Shown: positions 22,896-32,000 of the stretch, one piece after another
Numbering within the stretch: the first letter of the stretch is position 1
Layout: each line of letters starts with the position of its first letter
Assembly (NCBI GenBank): GCA_964640155.1
Contig: CAZXEQ010000001.1
Location: 576,403 to 608,402 of the forward strand
Source of the DNA: an uncultured bacterium
GTDB lineage: Bacteria; Auribacterota; JACPWU01
Length of the DNA stretch: 32,000 bases
Reading direction: 5' to 3'
The notes under the pieces: generated by a model
The model's database searches: none
Told to the model about the DNA's origin: nothing
Seen by the model: only the letters and a program-made list of their open reading frames with translations
Position numbers and translations under genes: made by a program

Positions 22896-23923
22896 TTTTT
22901 AATCTCCTTCACTGAAGAATCAGAACTCGAAAAATCTAGAGAATCAACCACAATGGATTCAATCAAATCATCCAAGGTCACAAGTCCAATTGTTTGACCG
23001 TTGTCATTGCGCACCAAAGCCAAATGGGAACGTTCAGTCTGTAACATATGAAACAATTGGCTTAAACTCATTTGATCATTAACAAGATAAGGCGGCCTCA
23101 AAAGATCATAAATTTGAATAACCGTAAACTCTGTAATTTCTTGCATAATGAGATCTTTTGCGTAAAGGATTCCTACAATATGATCTAAATTTCCTTTAAA
23201 AATAGGGATTCGTGAGAGTTTTTTCTTACGAATTTCCTTATATATTTGAGGAAGGGGTGTTCCCATTTCCAAAGCAAAAATTTTCTCTCGAGGAATCATG
23301 ACTTCTGAAATTCTTTTTGATTTCATGGCAAGAATCTCTTTAATCATTGAAGCTTCTTCAGAACTTAAAAGTCCCTCCTGCATTCCCATTCGAAGAGCTG
23401 TGTTAAATTGATCGGAATCTAAAATTTGTTTTTTTTCTGGTTGTTCTTTGAATGTTAGAGAGCGAATGATGCGATCTGCAATAATCATAAACAATGCCCT
23501 AAAAGGAGTGAGAACTTTCATAAAAAAATAGAGCCCTGGAGCAACACGAAGAGAAATCTTTTCAGATTTAGAAACAGAGAGTACTTTAGGAACAATTTCG
23601 CAAAAAATTAAAATAACAAAACTCATCACCAAAATGCATATTTGGAGACCCTGTTCACCAAACAAAGTGACACTAATTTCCTCTCCCAAAGAAGTTGAAA
23701 AAACATTAACGAAAAGATTGGCTAAGAGAATGGTTGCCAGAACATTTCTTGGCTCCTTCAACAAGACAGGAAGAAGATGTGCTCCTTTTCTTTTTTCCTC
23801 TAGCATTCGATGAACACGAACAGAACTTAAAGAGAAAAGAGCCGTTTCCGAGCCTGAAAAAAATGCGGAAAGGCAAAGAAGAAAAAATAAAAATAAGAGT
23901 TTTAATATGACTTCTAAATCCAT
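22892..23923 (-). CDS. DUF21/CNNM transmembrane domain plus CBS-pair protein (paralogue of the downstream gene)
   Basis: Same architecture (SGSETALFSLS, VMIPREKI, IPIF...GLVTLDDLIESIV). Its stop overlaps the start of the next gene (ATGA). Confidence 0.75.
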   Translation of the reverse strand: MDLEVILKLLFLFFLLCLSAFFSGSETALFSLSSVRVHRMLEEKRKGAHLLPVLLKEPRNVLATILLANLFVNVFSTSLGEEISVTLFGEQGLQICILVMSFVILIFCEIVPKVLSVSKSEKISLRVAPGLYFFMKVLTPFRALFMIIADRIIRSLTFKEQPEKKQILDSDQFNTALRMGMQEGLLSSEEASMIKEILAMKSKRISEVMIPREKIFALEMGTPLPQIYKEIRKKKLSRIPIFKGNLDHIVGILYAKDLIMQEITEFTVIQIYDLLRPPYLVNDQMSLSQLFHMLQTERSHLALVRNDNGQTIGLVTLDDLIESIVVDSLDFSSSDSSVKEIKK

Positions 23924-24071
23924 ACCTCATCCGTTGTAAGTGTCAAAAGATGCGACAGAAAGAAGAAGATGAAAAGGATTTACTCAAGGATTTCCGCCTT
24001 CTGCTTTCTATATTTCAAACGGATTTAGAGTTCGTCGCCAACACCCTCATCTTACTTATACAAGAAAATCA

Positions 24072-24395
24072 TCAAACCGTAAAAGAAGCTCCGCAACCAC
24101 AGCTTCCCTTAGCATTTGGATTCTGAAAATTAAAACCACCACCCATCATACCCTTGGTATAATCAAGTGTACTTCCATTCAAGAGAAAATAACTTTTCCC
24201 ATCAACATAAACTTTAATCCCACTTGCTTCAAAAATCTTATCTCCTTCCTTAGCTTGAGCTTCTAAGTCAATGGCATAGGAGTACCCAGAACAACCTCCT
24301 CCTTTGACAGAAAGCCTCAAACCTGACCCAGGCTTATTCTCTCTTTCAATCATCCGTTGAACTTCTTGAATCGCATTTTCTGTAAGCTGAATCAT
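24072..24395 (-). CDS. erpA: Iron-sulfur cluster insertion protein, IscA/ErpA/HesB family
   Basis: Contains GLRLSVKGGGCSGYSY and the C-terminal GSCGCGASF signature. The start was moved to ATG 24395 (MIQLTENA), 8 nt after GGAGG, where the track uses an upstream TTG. Confidence 0.88.
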   Translation of the reverse strand: MIQLTENAIQEVQRMIERENKPGSGLRLSVKGGGCSGYSYAIDLEAQAKEGDKIFEASGIKVYVDGKSYFLLNGSTLDYTKGMMGGGFNFQNPNAKGSCGCGASFTV

Positions 24396-24481
24396 ATACT
24401 TATCCTCCAATATCCGTATTATATCAAACTTTTACCCCTTGTGGAAGAACGACATGAAAGGAGCTTAACTATAATACTATA

Positions 24482-24615
24482 TATAGAAGTGTGTATTTTA
24501 TATATGCGGGTGATGCTCGGCGGGGAGCCCCATCGAGCACAACTTTTGATGAGCACGCTGGGGCTGACGAGCAGCAGGACCCGGTTCTTATCAAAAAGGA
24601 CACACTTTTATATAC
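24482..24615. repeat. Structured intergenic repeat, copy B
   Basis: Same plus-strand orientation as copy A. The closing helix is tatatagaagtgtgt (24480-24494) with acacacttttatata (24600-24614). The inner helix pairs tgctcg (24514-24519) with cgagca (24568-24573), a double compensatory change relative to copy A. It lies between the cysteine desulfurase stop (24622) and the iscA-like start. Confidence 0.75.
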
Positions 24616-24621
24616 AACATC

Positions 24622-25812
24622 TCAACTATGAGTCTGCCGCTTCATTTCATAGATAGGCGACATCGCCCTTAATCGTTTCACGGCCTCAACCACCTTTTGA
24701 AGGGTATATTCGATTTCTTCCTCCGTCGTAAAGCGACTTAAGCCAAAACGTAAAGAAGAGTGCAGTAAATTTTCAGGAACACCTAAAGCAGGCAGCACAT
24801 GAGAAGGTTCCAAATTAGCAGACATACAAGCAGATCCACTGGAAACTGCAACATCATCACGAATGGCCATCAATAAAGATTCTGCTTCTACATAAGCAAA
24901 ACTTATATTTAAATTATGCGAAAGTCTCTTTTCCAAATCTCCATGAACATATACTTCTTCTAATTGATCCATAAAACCTTTTCGCAATTTTTCTCTTAAG
25001 GCAAGAAGTCGCTTAGATTCTTCCATCATTAAGTTTTGTGACAATTCACAAGCCTTTCCAAATCCAACGATTCCAGGGACATTTAATGTACCTGATCTCA
25101 AACCTCGCTCATGGCCTCCGCCATCGATCAAAGTTGTTAATCTCACCCGTGGATTTTTCTCTCGAACGAAAAGAGCTCCTATCCCTTTAGGACCATACAT
25201 TTTATGAGCTGAAAAACTCATCAGATCAATGTTCATCTCTTCCACATTCATCAAAATTTTTCCAACAGCCTGAGCTGCATCGGTATGGAAAAGGATCCCT
25301 CTATTCTTAGCAATCCTGCCAATTTCTTTTATGGGATGTAGAACCCCGATCTCATTATTAGCAGCCATCAAACTGATCAAAATGGTCTTGGAGGTTATTG
25401 CCTTTTCAAGTCTTTCAAAATCAATAATTCCAGAATTCAATACAGGCAGATAAGTGATTTCAAATCCGGCTTGTTCAAGAGACTTACAAGAGTCTAAAAC
25501 AGCTTTATGTTCGGTTATACAAGTGATGATGTGATTTCCCTTTTCACAATACATCGCAGCGACACCCTTTAAGGCCAAATTATTTGATTCAGTAGCTCCA
25601 CTTGTAAAAATGATTTCTTTTTCCGAAGCCCCAATTAAAGAAGCAATTTGAATACGTGCTTTTTCTACCGCTTCTTCTGCTTGCCATCCGAAAGAATGAT
25701 TACGGCTTGCTGGATTTCCAAAACGCTCGCTAAAAAAAGGCAGCATGGCTTCCAACACCTGAGGGTCTACAGGTGTTGTTGCATGACTATCTAGATAAAT
25801 AGGAAGTTTCAT
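24622..25812 (-). CDS. Cysteine desulfurase, class I (NifS/IscS type)
   Basis: Contains the PLP-lysine motif [17 protein letters not shown] and the active-site loop SSGSACMS. At 396 aa it has the typical length. Confidence 0.9.
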   Translation of the reverse strand: MKLPIYLDSHATTPVDPQVLEAMLPFFSERFGNPASRNHSFGWQAEEAVEKARIQIASLIGASEKEIIFTSGATESNNLALKGVAAMYCEKGNHIITCITEHKAVLDSCKSLEQAGFEITYLPVLNSGIIDFERLEKAITSKTILISLMAANNEIGVLHPIKEIGRIAKNRGILFHTDAAQAVGKILMNVEEMNIDLMSFSAHKMYGPKGIGALFVREKNPRVRLTTLIDGGGHERGLRSGTLNVPGIVGFGKACELSQNLMMEESKRLLALREKLRKGFMDQLEEVYVHGDLEKRLSHNLNISFAYVEAESLLMAIRDDVAVSSGSACMSANLEPSHVLPALGVPENLLHSSLRFGLSRFTTEEEIEYTLQKVVEAVKRLRAMSPIYEMKRQTHS

Positions 25813-25917
25813 AGATGCTTGATTTCCCTTAACTTGACCAATGAGGGCGGTATTATAGCGAACTCAAGAAGGTGAAGAAATAAGAAAAAAATGTTATCAA
25901 ATTCACTATGAGCTGGT

Positions 25918-26334
25918 TCAAAATCCTACAAGAGCTACTTCTTTGAATTTAGAATGAATTAAGTCTCGGACTTTCCGGAATTCATTTAGAACCTCTTCGC
26001 TCTCTTCCTTCTCATGAGGCGGATCTGGAAAAGGCCAGTAAAATCGTATTGCAGAGCCTGGAAAGATAGGGCAAGATTCATTAGCTTTATCACAAACAGT
26101 AATTACATACTCAAAGGGCTTGTCCAAAAACTCTTTGACGTGTTTGGATCGCTGATGAGAGATATTAATTCCTATTTCTTTCATCACACGAATGGCTGTT
26201 TTATTTACAGATGAAGGTTTAGTCCCTGCACTTTCAACCTCAAATTTACCCTCGCCATAGTACCTTAGAACCCCTTCCGCCATTTGAGATCTGCAAGAAT
26301 TGCCCGTGCAAAGAATTAAGACTCTGGTTTTCAT
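25918..26334 (-). CDS. arsC: Arsenate reductase, thioredoxin-coupled LMW-PTP type (ArsC)
   Basis: Contains the P-loop CTGNSCRSQMAEG plus the downstream Cys pair VCDKANESCP, as in S. aureus/B. subtilis ArsC. The start was moved to ATG 26334 (MKTRVLIL). The track extension runs into tRNA-Glu. Confidence 0.8.
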   Translation of the reverse strand: MKTRVLILCTGNSCRSQMAEGVLRYYGEGKFEVESAGTKPSSVNKTAIRVMKEIGINISHQRSKHVKEFLDKPFEYVITVCDKANESCPIFPGSAIRFYWPFPDPPHEKEESEEVLNEFRKVRDLIHSKFKEVALVGF

Positions 26335-26388
26335 ATTCAGGGAAGTTTTAACTATAAAATAATAACAAAAACAGTATGGAGAGAAAAT

Positions 26389-26461
26389 CGACCCCAGCGG
26401 GATTCGAACCCGCGTCATCACCGTGAAAGGGTGATGTCCTAGGCCTCTAGACGATGGGGTC
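26389..26461 (-). tRNA. tRNA-Glu (anticodon UUC), CCA not encoded
   Basis: Minus-strand sequence: GACCCCATCGTCTAGAGGCCTAGGACATCACCCTTTCACGGTGATGACGCGGGTTCGAATCCCGCTGGGGTCG. It has a 7-bp acceptor stem, anticodon loop CT-TTC-AC, and close similarity to E. coli tRNA-Glu. Confidence 0.93.
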
Positions 26462-26493
26462 TCTTAACAAAAACCTATATCAATCTATAATTT

Positions 26494-26566
26494 TGAGCCG
26501 CGTGGGACTCGAACCCACCACCCACAGCTTAAAAGGCTGTTGCTCTACCTGATGAGCTAGCGGCTC
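26494..26566 (-). tRNA. tRNA-Lys (anticodon UUU), CCA not encoded
   Basis: Minus-strand sequence: GAGCCGCTAGCTCATCAGGTAGAGCAACAGCCTTTTAAGCTGTGGGTGGTGGGTTCGAGTCCCACGCGGCTCA. It forms a cloverleaf with anticodon loop CT-TTT-AA. Confidence 0.93.
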
Positions 26567-26672
26567 ATAAAAAAGTGGTAAGTTACAAGTCTCAAATTGT
26601 AATCTCTAAAAAAACTGTTTAAAAATATTATTTTTTGCTTATAACTTATGACCTACCACTTATTACTTCTTT

Positions 26673-27236
26673 TTACACAACCATAATTTCTTTTTCTTTA
26701 TGCTCTAAAAGACCATCTAATTTTTTAATATATTCATCTGTCTTATGCTGTATTTCTTTCTCAATACGATGAAGATCATCTTCTGTAATTTGGCCATCCT
26801 TTTTACTCTTTTTTACAACTTCATTCAAGTCTCGACGGATATTTCTTAATGAGACTCTATTTTCTTCGGCCTTTACACGAAGCACTTTTTTAAGATCATT
26901 TCTGCGTTCTTCACTAAGTTCAGGAACAGACACACGAACTAATTTGCCCTCCAACTTTGGAGCCAAACCCATATCATTTTTGCTCAAAGCCTTAAAAACT
27001 TCTTCAACAGCTCCTTGATCCCAGGGTTGTACAACAATCAAACGAGGTTCTGGTGTTGAAATTCCAGCCAATTCTTTTAGCTTGGTAGGAGCACCATAAT
27101 AGCTCACCATGATATTTTCAACCAAAGCAGGTGAAGCCTTCCCTGTTCGAACAGAGCCTAACTCCTGATGAAAAAAATCTAAAACTTTATCCATTTTTTC
27201 TTTTACATCTTTATGAATTTTATTTTCAAATTCCAT
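26673..27236 (-). CDS. frr: Ribosome recycling factor
   Basis: Full-length Frr-like sequence (LDFFHQELGSVRTGKASPALVENIMVSYYGAPTKLKELA...VPELSEERRNDLKK...) in the conserved rpsB-tsf-pyrH-frr context. Confidence 0.93.
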   Translation of the reverse strand: MEFENKIHKDVKEKMDKVLDFFHQELGSVRTGKASPALVENIMVSYYGAPTKLKELAGISTPEPRLIVVQPWDQGAVEEVFKALSKNDMGLAPKLEGKLVRVSVPELSEERRNDLKKVLRVKAEENRVSLRNIRRDLNEVVKKSKKDGQITEDDLHRIEKEIQHKTDEYIKKLDGLLEHKEKEIMVV

Positions 27237-27237
27237 C

Positions 27238-27999
<762 letters not shown>

Positions 28000-28041
28000 T
28001 TAGAATTTGAGTGTTTTAAGCAAAACACTCCTTCACTATCG

Positions 28042-28593
28042 TTATTTCGTTTGGCCCAACTGATAACGAACAAAGCGCCTGAGCACAATGTTCTCACCCA
28101 ACTCTGCAATCTTAGACTGTATCAACTGCTGAACTGTATGGGATGGATCTTTAATAAACGGCTGATCCAACAAACATACTTCCGCATAATACTTATCAAG
28201 ATTTTGACCTTGTTGGGTGGCTTGAGCAATCGCTTCGGAAGGAACAGATTCTTTTGAAACATACAGAGGCGTCGGATGGGATCCAGCAATCTGTAAAGCA
28301 ATATTCTTTGCCAAAGCTTGAAAAACTTCATTACGCGCCACAAAATCTGTCTCGCAATTGAGTTCGAGAAGAACACCTATCTTTCCTCCTGAATGAATAT
28401 AAGAAAAGACAAGTCCTTGAGCAGTAACTCGTTCTGCTTTTTTTTGAGCAGCAGATGCTCCTTTGGCTTTTAATACTTGAAGGGCTTTATCAAAATTACC
28501 TTCTGCTTCGGATAATGCCTTTTTACATTCCATAACTCCCGCATTGGTCTTTTCTCGAAGCTCTTTGACCATATCCTTGCCAATCTGTATCAT
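28042..28593 (-). CDS. tsf: Translation elongation factor Ts (short form, 183 aa)
   Basis: The N-terminal UBA-like motif VKELREKTNAGVMECKKAL is present, followed by VLLELNCETDFVARN. The start overlaps the rpsB stop (ATGA). Confidence 0.88.
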   Translation of the reverse strand: MIQIGKDMVKELREKTNAGVMECKKALSEAEGNFDKALQVLKAKGASAAQKKAERVTAQGLVFSYIHSGGKIGVLLELNCETDFVARNEVFQALAKNIALQIAGSHPTPLYVSKESVPSEAIAQATQQGQNLDKYYAEVCLLDQPFIKDPSHTVQQLIQSKIAELGENIVLRRFVRYQLGQTK

Positions 28594-29324
28594 ACCTTCT
28601 CTCCTTCAGCCGAAACCACTTCTTCTAAAGCCACATCTTTGGTCATCCCTCTAGCTTCTATAATAGATTGTTCGATCTTATTCATAAAAAGCCCGATGGT
28701 TCTAATTGCATCATCATTACACGCAACAGGATATTCAATCTGATCTGGATCACAATTGGTGTCAATCATGGCCACAATTGGCACTCCTAATTTCTTGGCT
28801 TCTTGAATAGCAATCTTTTCACGATTGGGATCAATAACAAAAATAGCACCTGGCAAACGATCCATTTGACGAATGCCTTCCAAATTTTTCCTGAGTTTCA
28901 CTAACTCTCTGGAAACCATTGATAACTCTTTCTTAGAAATATGGGCGGCACTTCCTTCCTCCTGAATCTTTTCTAATTCGTTAAATCTACGAACACTCTT
29001 TCGAATGGTTTCTAAATTGGTCAGCGTTCCACCTAACCATCTCTCTGTCACCCAAAAAACACCACATTTTTGTGCGGCAGCTTTAACAAGCTCTTTAGCT
29101 TGTTTTTTAGTTCCTACCATTAATATGGATTGTCCCTTTTCAATGCAACTGGTAAGGAATTGAAAGGCTGTCTTGATTTGACCTACTGTTTTTTGTAAAT
29201 CAATGATATGGATACCGTTACGTTCTTCAAAAATAAATTTCTTCATTTTTGGATTCCAACGACTGGACTGATGTCCAAAATGTGCGCCTGCTTCTAAAAG
29301 TTCTCTTACACTGACTTGAATCAC
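28590..29324 (-). CDS. rpsB: 30S ribosomal protein S2
   Basis: Contains LLEAGAHFGHQSSRWNPKM, GGTLTN and VIDPNREKIAIQEAKKLGVPIVAMIDTNCDP. GTG start is preceded by AGGAGG. Confidence 0.95.
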   Translation of the reverse strand: MIQVSVRELLEAGAHFGHQSSRWNPKMKKFIFEERNGIHIIDLQKTVGQIKTAFQFLTSCIEKGQSILMVGTKKQAKELVKAAAQKCGVFWVTERWLGGTLTNLETIRKSVRRFNELEKIQEEGSAAHISKKELSMVSRELVKLRKNLEGIRQMDRLPGAIFVIDPNREKIAIQEAKKLGVPIVAMIDTNCDPDQIEYPVACNDDAIRTIGLFMNKIEQSIIEARGMTKDVALEEVVSAEGEKV

Positions 29325-29383
29325 CCAAAACCTCCTTTAAAATTTGCTTCAATATTCGAAATGGCTATATGTAAAACTCGACT

Positions 29384-29411
29384 ACTATAGCATAGACCGT
29401 TTCAATTGCAA
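29384..29411 (-). promoter_or_regulatory. Candidate sigma70-type promoter of rpsB (TTGCAA-16 nt-TATAGT)
   Basis: On the minus strand, the -35 TTGCAA lies at 29406-29411 and the -10 TATAGT at 29384-29389, with a 16-nt spacer. It sits about 60 nt upstream of the rpsB start. Confidence 0.45.
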
Positions 29412-29542
29412 GGTTAAAAAAACCGTATTTCGTCGCTTGTAGTCTGTATTTTGCTAAAGCTAAAATAAACAAAAAAGTACTGAATAAACGCCTATCCTAC
29501 CCATGAATGAAAGGGATGTTAGTATACTACAAAATAAAAAAC

Positions 29543-30232
29543 TTACACCTTACAACTTACAACTGATTTTTTTGCTCTTTCATTCACTTCATCTAATCCT
29601 TTTTGAACCTCTTCCATTTTTAATTTCAAATGTTCATCTTCAACATTTGGTTGAACATAAATGGCAGGCCCCACAACCAAAGACCCTCGATTATAGGGAA
29701 AAGGAACTTTAAAACCATCCCAGGTGTTAAGTTCTTTCTTTCTCTCCACTTCTACAGCCACAGGTAAAATAGGCGCTCCGGTAAGTGAGGCCAAAGCAAC
29801 CGCTCCTTCTTGAACTTTGCATCGAGGCCCTCGGGGCCCATCAGGAGTCATTGCTAAATCAATCCCCTGCTCTAGTCGTCTCGTCAACTGCAACACAGCC
29901 GCTGTTCCTCCACGACTTGAAGAACCTCGAATAGGAAACAAATCAAATTTTTTAATTAAATCGCTTAACAGGCCTCCATCACGACTTCGGCTAATCAAAA
30001 CAGAAGCTTGTAAACGACGAACAATGGACCGATAGAAAAAGGGCATCATCATCAACTGTTGATGCCAAAACACAAAAATGATGGGCTTGCCTTTGGCACG
30101 TTCCAAGAAGAAATATTCTTCCCCTTCTAGATGCCATTTTGTAGTCGTCCCCACCCATCGAACGTAGGAAAAACCCAGTGTCAAACCCAAACGATACAAA
30201 AACCTTCCTTCTTTAAAGAGAGAATTGAACAT
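29543..30232 (-). CDS. DUF374 (lysophospholipid acyltransferase-like) protein commonly linked to msbA/waaA
   Basis: Motifs FWHQQLMMMP, SRSRDGGLLS, IRGSSSRGG and MTPDGPRGP are typical of DUF374. The start is placed at ATG 30232 (MFNSLF), overlapping the msbA-like 3' end by 20 nt. The start position is uncertain. Confidence 0.7.
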   Translation of the reverse strand: MFNSLFKEGRFLYRLGLTLGFSYVRWVGTTTKWHLEGEEYFFLERAKGKPIIFVFWHQQLMMMPFFYRSIVRRLQASVLISRSRDGGLLSDLIKKFDLFPIRGSSSRGGTAAVLQLTRRLEQGIDLAMTPDGPRGPRCKVQEGAVALASLTGAPILPVAVEVERKKELNTWDGFKVPFPYNRGSLVVGPAIYVQPNVEDEHLKLKMEEVQKGLDEVNERAKKSVVSCKV

Positions 30233-31913
30233 TGTAAAGCCTCTGATAAATTCCACCCTCCTCAAGAAGTTTTTCATGGGTTCCGGTTTCCACAATTCTT
30301 CCCCCACTCACCACAAGAATTTTTGCAGCGTTGCGAACGGTCGAAAGACGATGCGCAATCACTAAAACTGTTCGCCCTTCCATCAAGCGAGTCAGAGCAT
30401 CTTGCACTAAAAGCTCTGATTCTGAATCTAAAGCTGAAGTTGCTTCATCCAAAATCAGAAGTTTTGGATTCTTCAAAATAGCACGTGCGATAGCTAATCT
30501 TTGTCTTTCCCCACCCGAAACTTTAAAACCTCTTTCACCGATGAGCGTATCGTATCCTTGTGGAAGCGCCATGACAAATTCATGCGCATTCGCTGCTTTT
30601 GCAGCTTCTACAATTTTGTGAAAATCCATGTCCTTTTGGCCGTAGGCAATATTTGACCTCACCGTATCATTGAAAAGGATCACATCCTGAGTCACCATTC
30701 CAATCCACTGTCGCAAAGAGGCTACAGAGAATTTTTTCATATCTATTCCATCAATTTCAATAACACCTTTTTGAGGGTCATAAAAACGCAAAAGCAGATT
30801 TGCTAAACTTGATTTACCTGATCCACTGTGGCCTACCAAAGCCGTCACTTCCCCTACCTTTATTTCAAAATCAACGTTTTGGAGAACCCATTCTTTGTCA
30901 TAGCAAAATGAAACATCGTTGAAGCGAATACTTTTTTCAATCCCCCTTAATTCTTTTGCATCCACTGGATCCACAACACTGGGGACTTCATCTAGAATTT
31001 CAAAAATACGGCTTCCAGCAGCTCTTGATTGTTGAAGAACGCTATTGAGTTTTCCTATTTTTTTCATGGGTTCATAAAGCAAATAAAGCGCTGTCATAAA
31101 AGAAAGGAAAGTATCGAGTGATAGATGTTTAGCTCCATACCAAAAACAAAAAGCAGTCGCGCAAGAACCCAAAATTTCAATCACAGGCCGCGTCGCTTCT
31201 GCAGAACGAACCGCATCCATCATCATCTTAAAAAATTTATTATTTTCAGAATTAAATCGTTCAATCTCATAATTTTCCATGGAAAAAGCCTTCACCACAC
31301 GAATACCCGTAATAGTCTCATGAAGAATCGTGGTTAAATCTCCGACTCTGGACTGCGCCTCTCGAGAAGCTTTTCGCACGCGTTTCCCAAATTTTACAAT
31401 CGGGAAAACGGCAATCGGGAAGATAACAAAAGACATAAGGGCCAGAACATGATCAAAACAAAAAAGGGTTATGACCAAACCCATTAAAGAAAGCGGTTCT
31501 TTTACAAGATCTGTAATCGCATTTGAAATAGAGGATTGAATGAGAGCGGTATCATGTGTCACTCGGGAAATAAGTTGTCCTGTTTTTCGATGAGAGAAAA
31601 AGTCCAGCGAAAGGCGATGCAAATGCACATAAATCGCGCTTCTAACATCCGTCACAACCCGCAAGCCCACCCAGTTCATATAATAAGCCTGACCAAAATC
31701 AGCAAGCCCTCTTAAAAGAAACACAGCAAAAATCATAGCCGGAGCAGAAAAGTAAATAACACTATCTTTAGACACAAACGCGATTCTCAAAACATGTTTT
31801 AAGGCCCAGACAATGCCTGTATTGAAAACAGCAAAAAGAACCATACATATAAAAGCCAGCACAAGACGCGTCCAATAAGGACGTACATATTGAAGCAAAC
31901 GTCGATAAATCAC
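30213..31913 (-). CDS. msbA: ABC transporter, fused permease and ATPase, MsbA-like lipid A flippase family
   Basis: Six N-terminal TM helices, then Walker A GHSGSGKSS, signature VSGGERQRLAIARA and Walker B LLILDEATSALD. The GTG start overlaps the stop of the upstream gene (GTGA). Confidence 0.8.
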   Translation of the reverse strand: MIYRRLLQYVRPYWTRLVLAFICMVLFAVFNTGIVWALKHVLRIAFVSKDSVIYFSAPAMIFAVFLLRGLADFGQAYYMNWVGLRVVTDVRSAIYVHLHRLSLDFFSHRKTGQLISRVTHDTALIQSSISNAITDLVKEPLSLMGLVITLFCFDHVLALMSFVIFPIAVFPIVKFGKRVRKASREAQSRVGDLTTILHETITGIRVVKAFSMENYEIERFNSENNKFFKMMMDAVRSAEATRPVIEILGSCATAFCFWYGAKHLSLDTFLSFMTALYLLYEPMKKIGKLNSVLQQSRAAGSRIFEILDEVPSVVDPVDAKELRGIEKSIRFNDVSFCYDKEWVLQNVDFEIKVGEVTALVGHSGSGKSSLANLLLRFYDPQKGVIEIDGIDMKKFSVASLRQWIGMVTQDVILFNDTVRSNIAYGQKDMDFHKIVEAAKAANAHEFVMALPQGYDTLIGERGFKVSGGERQRLAIARAILKNPKLLILDEATSALDSESELLVQDALTRLMEGRTVLVIAHRLSTVRNAAKILVVSGGRIVETGTHEKLLEEGGIYQRLYNVQFSL

Positions 31914-32000
31914 TTTATTTCCTCCAAAACGATTTCAGCGGCTCTAAGACTAGCCCCTGGCATTCCTAATTTTTTTCTAACTTCTGTCAAATCTTCACTC
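31910..32000 (-). CDS. 3' end of an upstream gene (5' end outside the window), possibly an LPS-pathway glycosyltransferase (WaaA/LpxB-like)
   Basis: An open frame runs to the window edge and reads ...SEDLTEVRKKLGMPGASLRAAEIVLEEIK, stop at 31910-31912. The functional guess rests only on the msbA/DUF374 neighbourhood. Confidence 0.35.
   Translation of the reverse strand, partial: SEDLTEVRKKLGMPGASLRAAEIVLEEIK

Noticed and set aside
23949-24113. A ~54-aa plus-strand ORF (MRQKEEDEKDLLKDF...) in the spacer between the DUF21 and iscA-like genes
   Set aside because: It has no SD, runs antisense into the iscA-like 3' end, and has no recognisable features.
26335-26421. An N-terminal extension of the ArsC ORF
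   Set aside because: It runs into tRNA-Glu (26389-26461), whereas the conserved ArsC N-terminus starts at MKTRVLILCTGNSCRS.
26567-26672. Imperfect inverted repeats (AAGTGGTA..GTTA / TAAC..TACCACTT followed by a T-run on the minus strand) between frr and tRNA-Lys, considered as an frr terminator
   Set aside because: The arms are interrupted and enclose a ~50-nt AT-rich loop. The structure is too weak to call and may instead contain the tRNA promoter.

Overview
The window comes from a low-GC, Gram-negative-type bacterium whose lineage cannot be assigned from sequence alone. No rRNA, CRISPR array, transposase or integrase was seen. The centre is a roughly 14.5 kb minus-strand block (2313-16850) that looks like a self-contained molybdoenzyme island. 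It encodes a Tat-exported type II DMSO-reductase-family enzyme of the periplasmic Nitrospira/Nitrospina/anammox NXR type. The gene order is unusual: gamma (dihaem cytochrome c fused to a haem-b EbdC/NxrC-like domain), alpha, an unknown 103-aa ORF, beta, then a TorD/NarJ-like chaperone. Downstream follow a 307-aa uncharacterised CxxC protein, a NapF-like ferredoxin with a vestigial twin-arginine motif, and a tatA gene absent from the ORF track. After those come a candidate Moco riboswitch and a complete Moco operon (moaA, moaC-mogA fusion, an embedded TSUP/TauE permease, moeA, moaD, moaE, mobA). The left flank holds the 3' end of tatC, an MFS transporter, a small Cys-rich lipoprotein missing from the track, and tRNA-Ala(CGC). 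The right flank holds hldD, a deoxyhypusine-synthase-like gene, pilT, a secreted unknown protein, two tandem DUF21-CBS genes, iscA/erpA, a NifS/IscS cysteine desulfurase and arsC. It continues with tRNA-Glu, tRNA-Lys, frr-pyrH-tsf-rpsB, a DUF374 gene, an msbA-like gene and a partial gene. Several non-coding signals are worth follow-up. A near-identical 14-bp FNR/CRP-type palindrome sits upstream of both the nxr-like operon and tatA. An 18-bp perfect helix locks the moeA ribosome-binding site to the stop codon of the upstream permease. Two copies of a ~134-nt structured repeat carry compensatory substitutions. A GC-rich palindromic element lies after the chaperone gene. All functional calls rest on motif recognition by eye; no database search was possible.
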